A stretch of DNA of 63,091 nucleotides, the filler included, from Globobulimina sp. (taxonomy: Eukaryota): the NCBI GenBank assembly GCA_003354225.1. It is 40 parts of 40 records of this genome, joined end to end, with 100 filler letters (N's around TTAATTAATTAA, not from the genome) between each part and the next. Parts side by side here need not be neighbours in the genome. Positions count along the whole stretch, not along the records: positions 56,876 to 58,354 come from PIVH01016034.1; positions 58,455 to 59,933 come from PIVH01016035.1; positions 60,034 to 61,512 come from PIVH01016036.1; positions 61,613 to 63,091 come from PIVH01016037.1; 36 more parts are not named here. One strand, given 5' to 3'. Each line of letters opens with the position of its first letter. The stretch's first letter is position 1. Positions 57,305 to 63,091 of this stretch are shown here, piece by piece. The translations under genes and the position numbers were made by a program. The notes under the pieces are model-generated. The model did not search any database and was not told the origin of the DNA. It saw only the letters and a program-made list of their open reading frames with translations.

Positions 57305-58354
57305 ATGAAACACCGTTTTCTCATCATATCATTATTATTATCCTTCACACCCATTATAACCTCGGATATACCGGTACTAGACATCTCAGATTACACTTTT
57401 TATTATACAACCTACCATTATCTATTACCCTCATTAACCACAAACACCACCACCTTCTACAATGCCCAACTATCCACCAACATAACCATCACCTTCGCCG
57501 AAAATATAACCCTAATCTTAAACAACAACATGAAATTAAATCTTCTAAACGACAACCAATGGAATGAAATCTCCATCATCTCCCAAGCCAACACACCCAA
57601 TCCCAACAAACGCAGATTGCGCACCATCCAAACTGAATACGCCGAAGAGAAACAATACGAAGGCGTACCCCATGGCAAAAACTGGCAATCCGCTCAAAAA
57701 TACTGCAAATCCACGCGCCGAGGCCATTTGGCCACCATTCTCGACGAAACGGGCAACTTCGCAGTGGCCACTGAGTGCAGCGCGCTCGGCACGCGCTGGC
57801 TTTGCTGGGTAGGCTTGAAACGTCCCTTTGAAACCTGGATCGATGGCGAAGCCGTGGAATATACCAATTGGTTACCCGGAGAACCCAACAATTGGGGCGG
57901 CGACGAAAACTGTGTAGAAATCTATGGCACCGACGAACAGATTGGCTTTGAAGAGATGTGGAACGATCTGAAGTGTTCCATGATGCGTGGATTTGTCTGT
58001 GAGCGGCCGCCCCGTTCTGCGCCGCCACCGAAGCCCAGGCACTTAATCTGTGACTGTGACAATATCAACTTACAGGGCGACGATTTTCTGCGTCGGAGAC
58101 TGGCCGCCCGCCGCTGTGCTGGATGCAACAAAAAGTTGACCAGAAAGCAAATGCGTAGACGCAAGAAGCAACGCTCGAAATGGGCGAGGATCAGAGCGTA
58201 TAGCAGGGCGCGTAAACGTAAGCGTGCCAGACGGAGGGCGGCCGTCCGGTTGGCGAGGCATAGAGCGAGCAGACGGAGGAAAGCGTGGCGTGCTCATTTG
58301 CGGCGGTTGCGGAGGAAGAATAGAGAGGGCATGAAGCGGGAGTATGAGCATGAG
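57305..58354 (+). CDS. Secreted C-type lectin (EPN type) with Arg-rich C-terminal tail (3' partial)
   Basis: Signal peptide; W.SA..YC...GHLATI, CWVGL, YTNW.PGEPNN..DENCVE, WND..C...FVCE. Confidence 0.92.
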
Positions 58355-58728
58355 NNNNNNNNNNNNNNNNNNNNNNNNNNNNNNNNNNNNNNNNNNNNTT
58401 AATTAATTAANNNNNNNNNNNNNNNNNNNNNNNNNNNNNNNNNNNNNNNNNNNNTCCAGGGCTGTTAGAACTTTGCGTATCTACAGAAATGAATTGCTGG
58501 GTGACAAAAACGTTATATGGTAACAAATGCGTTGCTGACACAGTGCAATTTTTTTCAAAAAAAATGCGGTTTAAGGTGCACTTTTAACATGGTGATAATT
58601 TCACGAATATTGACTTGATTTCAAAAAAAAAATACCTCCAATCTTGTTTTTCCTTGTCCATTCCGAATATCTACTTTAAAAATCCATTGGCGATAAAAAG
58701 TGATTTATGATGGATCCTGAGATGCGAA

Positions 58729-59823
58729 ATGGATCCTAGCTCAAAAACTTTTTTATTCTCTTTATTCTGCATAATGTCGTCGGAAATGAAAGAGATACTC
58801 GATGAGATGTGGGAGATCGTTGGCGAATGCATTGTCAGCCCGAATTTTCGTCGGCGAATGATTGGATATGATATGGTATCATACAAAATACCAACAAAAT
58901 GCGTCTCAATGTTTCGCGAGCGCATATTATCAACAACACAAATGGAAAAATATAGTAAAATCGATAAAAGTCATTCATGGTATTATTTAACAACAAGTGA
59001 TATAATGGAATTGTTTGCAGCATCTAAATATATTAAAATAAACAACAATAAAATGAAAGAATCGTTGGCATCATGGATTAATACATTAAAATCAGAATCT
59101 ATCGGTGAATTATTGTGTACATTAAATAATAAACGGATCAATGACACATTAAATAAAATTGAGCAAATAACTATGAATTCATTATTAAAGAAAATGTCTG
59201 GGGATTTTGGCTATTATTCGGACGTGGACGCAAATCAAATATTAAATAAATACAAAGTGAATGGGTTTGAAGAAATATTGTATATCAATGATATGATAAT
59301 TGGATTGCCGCACCGCGGCTTTTTAATGCGGTTAACGTTAAGTTGTAATTCCGTGGATATGACAACAGGGCAAATCAATGGAGACACGTGTTTATTGGAT
59401 GCAAAGTGGAAATTTAATGATGATGCGATTGTGCGAGAATTGGCACGTCATCGGAAGTTCGATGTTGATTGGAAAATTAAATTAAAATCATTGTGCGAAA
59501 AGAATATAATTATATTTAATGAAAAGGAACGGAAAATCAATAAAATGAAAAGGCTATGTTTTAAATTATTAACGTGCGAAATTGAGGATGATTTTGATGA
59601 CAATATACCGGAAAGATTTAAATATTTATTGCATAAATCACGGGCAATCACAACATTAGCAAACGCAAAGAATTCTACATTGGCAATCACAACATATTGC
59701 AATATCTGCGGCAAATTTGAATTTAAACAGCCAAATGATAATCTTTGGCTTCATTGTAAAAAACACGGACATGCACATAGTTCGTGTTCTAGTTATGGTT
59801 CTTTGTGTTGGCCACATTGTTAA
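58729..59823 (+). CDS. Hypothetical protein with C-terminal Cys/His cluster
   Basis: 364-aa ORF ending CNICGK...HCKKHGHAHSSC...CWPHC. Confidence 0.65.
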   Translation: MDPSSKTFLFSLFCIMSSEMKEILDEMWEIVGECIVSPNFRRRMIGYDMVSYKIPTKCVSMFRERILSTTQMEKYSKIDKSHSWYYLTTSDIMELFAASKYIKINNNKMKESLASWINTLKSESIGELLCTLNNKRINDTLNKIEQITMNSLLKKMSGDFGYYSDVDANQILNKYKVNGFEEILYINDMIIGLPHRGFLMRLTLSCNSVDMTTGQINGDTCLLDAKWKFNDDAIVRELARHRKFDVDWKIKLKSLCEKNIIIFNEKERKINKMKRLCFKLLTCEIEDDFDDNIPERFKYLLHKSRAITTLANAKNSTLAITTYCNICGKFEFKQPNDNLWLHCKKHGHAHSSCSSYGSLCWPHC

Positions 59824-60033
59824 TTAATTAATTTATTTAAACTCTGCGAAACTTAGGTTGAGTCTGAGGTTGCTTGACATGTTTAAAAATTCGAGCTTTC
59901 CCAAATCTTTGTGCTTTCAGTAATCTTTTTTGANNNNNNNNNNNNNNNNNNNNNNNNNNNNNNNNNNNNNNNNNNNNTTAATTAATTAANNNNNNNNNNN
60001 NNNNNNNNNNNNNNNNNNNNNNNNNNNNNNNNN

Positions 60034-61380
60034 ATTCATAAAGGAAAGCCATTTTCGTGGCGACCAGTATTATGTTTAGGAAATCATCCAACTAATTTTT
60101 ACCAATCAGTATTAAACAAAAAGTTAAAAGGATATCTTGCTATTTTCCGCTATCAAACAAACTATAAAATTATTCTTGAAAATTCATTCCAACTCAAATA
60201 TTTTTTGAATCACATTAAGCCGAATTACAAGTTTATAAATCATGAAATTTTCCAGCGTGCGAGTGACGTATCAAAAATGTATGAATGCTTAGGTTTATCT
60301 GATATCGTCATTGCAGTTCGTTGGTTAATGGATTTTATTGAAATTAATCCAGTTTTTCAAAATGGTGTGATTGAAATCATAAATGTAGTTTTTCTGAATA
60401 CTTTTATCCATTTTCACGGCAAAATCGTCAAATTAAAAAGTGTTATTGCAACCGGTTGGATTATCTCGCCAAATATTGCAAATATTACCCTTTTATTCAT
60501 TGAATACAAAACAAGAAAAACGTGGTTAAGAAATATCTTTGCAAATAAACTAAGTTTACATAAAATAAATGCAATCAATATATTAATTGAAGTAAGATAT
60601 ATTGATGATTTGTATGAAGTTTTTGAATTAAATATGGATATATTAACCATTGAAGACATGAAATTAATCAAAAATGTGTTGAAAAATGATTATGGAATGA
60701 GATATGATGTGGAATACATTGATTCAAATATCATATTAAAATGTGAAATAAAATACAATGTTATTTATTTGGACTTAATTATCAGTATAAATGAGAACAA
60801 TTTTGATATTTCAACGCAAATCCATTTCAAAAAAGGAAAATTAAACACTTTATTAGATAATAACTCAAACAATTCTTTGGATCATTTCCAAGGAGTTTTT
60901 GCATCGGAGTCCTTCCGATCTATTGTTTTAAATGATAATGAATTGGATCATCGCTTAGCGCATCACGACCTATTATGTAAATTGCGAGAAAGAGGTTGGC
61001 ATTTTGCGAAGATACGTATCATTAAAAATAAATTCAAATTAATTTACAAACACAGATTAAAATATTTAGAGAAAATCAATGCAAATTACATATTAAAACA
61101 AGAAAAATTAATTATTAAATTTATTGGCAACTCTATAAATCCGTCGCTATCCATAGATGCCAAAGAATTATCGTTTCTGTTCAAGAAACACAAAGCAGAA
61201 AAAGACAAAGAATCAAAAACTATCTATTTCAAGAAAGTAACTAATCGCTTCTTCGATGATGATCATTATATTCGGGATAATCTTCGTGAATTAGTTGATA
61301 ATTTGGGTCTGTTAGATTTAAAAATTACAATTTGCAATAAAATTAATAATAAATTATCAAGAATCATATTAACAAACTAA
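60034..61380 (+). mobile_element. Penelope-like retroelement reverse transcriptase (5' partial)
   Basis: Frame open from the contig start: IHK....WRPV, SDVSKMY, F.HF.G......IATG..ISP.IAN, RYIDD, YLDL.I, K...L...S, SE.FR thumb region. Confidence 0.8.
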
Positions 61381-61612
61381 ATTAATCAACAACTTTAAAA
61401 TATGAATAAAAATCATTGTTTTATTATTATTTATTTAATTATTTTATTTGTGATTGTTTGTTCTATTTTGTATTTCTTTTATTTGGTTGACTTTTATAGC
61501 ACAAACAACTAANNNNNNNNNNNNNNNNNNNNNNNNNNNNNNNNNNNNNNNNNNNNTTAATTAATTAANNNNNNNNNNNNNNNNNNNNNNNNNNNNNNNN
61601 NNNNNNNNNNNN

Positions 61613-63091
61613 ATCACAAAAAACGACCGTTTTCCATTACCGAATATCACACAAACACTGCATAAATTCCATCGGAAAAATATTATTTCATCATTGGATA
61701 TGAAGGGGGGATATTGGCACATTCCCCTCGACGAAGCAACGAAACGTTTGACCGCTTTCTGGTTTGATGAGCATTTATATCATTGGAACTTTATGCCTTT
61801 TGGTCTGAAGCAGGCACCAAATTTTTTCCAGCGAGTAATGACCAAAATATTTGGCCCTTTAGATTTGGTCACCGTATACATCGATGACATTGCCATTGCA
61901 TCCGACTCCATTGCGCAGCATCTGGAACATCTAAAGGTGGTCTTTGATCTCATAATAACGCATAATATAAAGCTTAGACTGGATAAATGTTTCTGGGCTG
62001 CCTCGGAAGCGCAATACTTAGGGTTTTTAGTGGATAAATTTGGGATTCGTGTAACAGATAAATATAAGACAAAAATAATAAATGTACCCAAGCCACGGAC
62101 AAGAAGACAGTTAATGCGCTTCTTGGGTTTAATTAACTATTTACATAATTTTATACCAGATATGAATAAGCATACGGCGTCGCTGCGGGAGTTATTAAAA
62201 AAGGACGTTCCGTACGAAATGACCAATGAACGTACCGCCGCCTTCGAATTATTGAAGAAATATGTACAGAATACTGACTATTTAATCCATCCAGATCCAA
62301 ATCGACCGCTTCATCTATTTACTGATGCATCGCAATATGGCATTGGTGGCGCCATTGGCCACATTAATGATGACGGCATATTTGAACCAATTGCATTTGC
62401 GTCCAAAACGTTTTCCGGACCACAGACTCGATGGCACGTATTAGAGCAGGAACTATTTGCAGCTATTTATTTTATAGAAAAATGGAGGTATTTGTTGATC
62501 GGAAGACATTTTACGTTACATACCGATCATAAGAACCTCCAGGAATTATTTAAGGCGGCACGCACATTCAAAACAGGTAAGTTATACCGATGGAGTGTCA
62601 GATTGCAGGAATTTGACTTTACTGCAAAATATATACCCGGCTATGCCAACGTTGTGGCGGATTACTTGTCCCGTAATGGCTTGCATGCAAATAAGAATAT
62701 AGACGGTACAAACATTGCAAATACATTCTAATCATTTATGTTCACAAATAATCGCAGGAACAGCTGATAATACAATGGATTTCACTGAAAATTAGTTGAA
62801 TGAATTAAATCCGCCACAACAGCCTATAATGAATACGATTAATTTGAATGCCATGCAAATCGACAGAAACGTTTTAAATAATACAAATCATAACGAGTTT
62901 AATTTTCGAGACGAAACCATAAGTTGCGCCAACGTACAAACTGATTATACCAATTGCCATAATTCAATAGATTTAGATGGCCCATTTGCAGCATGTAATT
63001 TGCATATTGGTCATGCTATGGATATCGACGATGACTGTAATGACGACTTACCCCTCACGGGGGTGGAAATATACTCATGTGTTGAGCGACG
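61613..63091 (+). mobile_element. Ty3/Gypsy LTR retrotransposon pol fragment (RT + RNase H), degraded downstream
   Basis: DRFPLP.I, LDMKGGYWHI, MPFGLKQAP, YIDD, FLGL.NY, TDAS..GIG, EQEL.A, TDHKNL, N.VADYLSR. Confidence 0.96.

Noticed and set aside
1482..61612. Regularly spaced TTAATTAATTAA as a CRISPR-like or biological repeat
   Set aside because: Always embedded in exactly 44+44 N; it is a synthetic six-frame-stop linker. ORF translations running into X or ending LIN/N are artefacts of it.
60034..63091. Two adjacent reverse transcriptases as one retron/DGR-like system
   Set aside because: Separated by a linker; they are unrelated Penelope-like and Gypsy elements, and no template/variable repeat pair or msr-msd was seen.
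1..63091. Wholesale stop-codon reassignment as in ciliates
   Set aside because: TAA, TAG and TGA each terminate recognisable genes at the expected C-termini (RPS5 TAA, double-Pin1 TAG, CLPTM1 TGA).
1..63091. tRNA, rRNA or CRISPR loci
   Set aside because: None recognised by eye; a tRNAscan/Infernal run would be needed to exclude them formally.

Overview
This window is not one locus. It is an artificial concatenation of 40 unrelated contigs of 1479-1481 bp, sorted by decreasing length and joined by 39 identical 100-bp linkers (44 N + TTAATTAATTAA + 44 N, stops in all six frames), so gene neighbourhood across linkers means nothing. Most contigs come from an AT-rich eukaryote with short (about 58-97 nt) GT-AG introns and the standard code; the gene-family flavour suggests a foraminiferan or other rhizarian, but that is inference. 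Recognisable eukaryotic genes: RPS5, PAF1, CLPTM1, class I PI3K, class I aldolase, SLC12, an ADP/ATP carrier-like protein, FAM135-like, MED9-like, a double-Pin1 parvulin, a 2OG-Fe(II) oxygenase, a kinase, a C-type lectin, and SIAE- and pectin acetylesterase/Notum-like fragments. There are two retroelements (Penelope-like RT; Ty3/Gypsy RT-RNase H) and four prokaryotic or phage pieces (tail fibre with S74 chaperone; major capsid; HTH/RusA module; EpsG-GT4 fragment), two of them fused to eukaryote-like DNA within a contig. The best leads are single in-frame stop codons in three otherwise intact genes, a Penelope-like RT with no C-terminal endonuclease, a C-type lectin with RxL sites and a poly-Arg tail, a GLEBS + W-repeat + Tudor-like protein, an intron-containing DUF5695 gene, and clustered TGACA motifs upstream of genes. 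All family calls are by motif recognition only; no database search was run.
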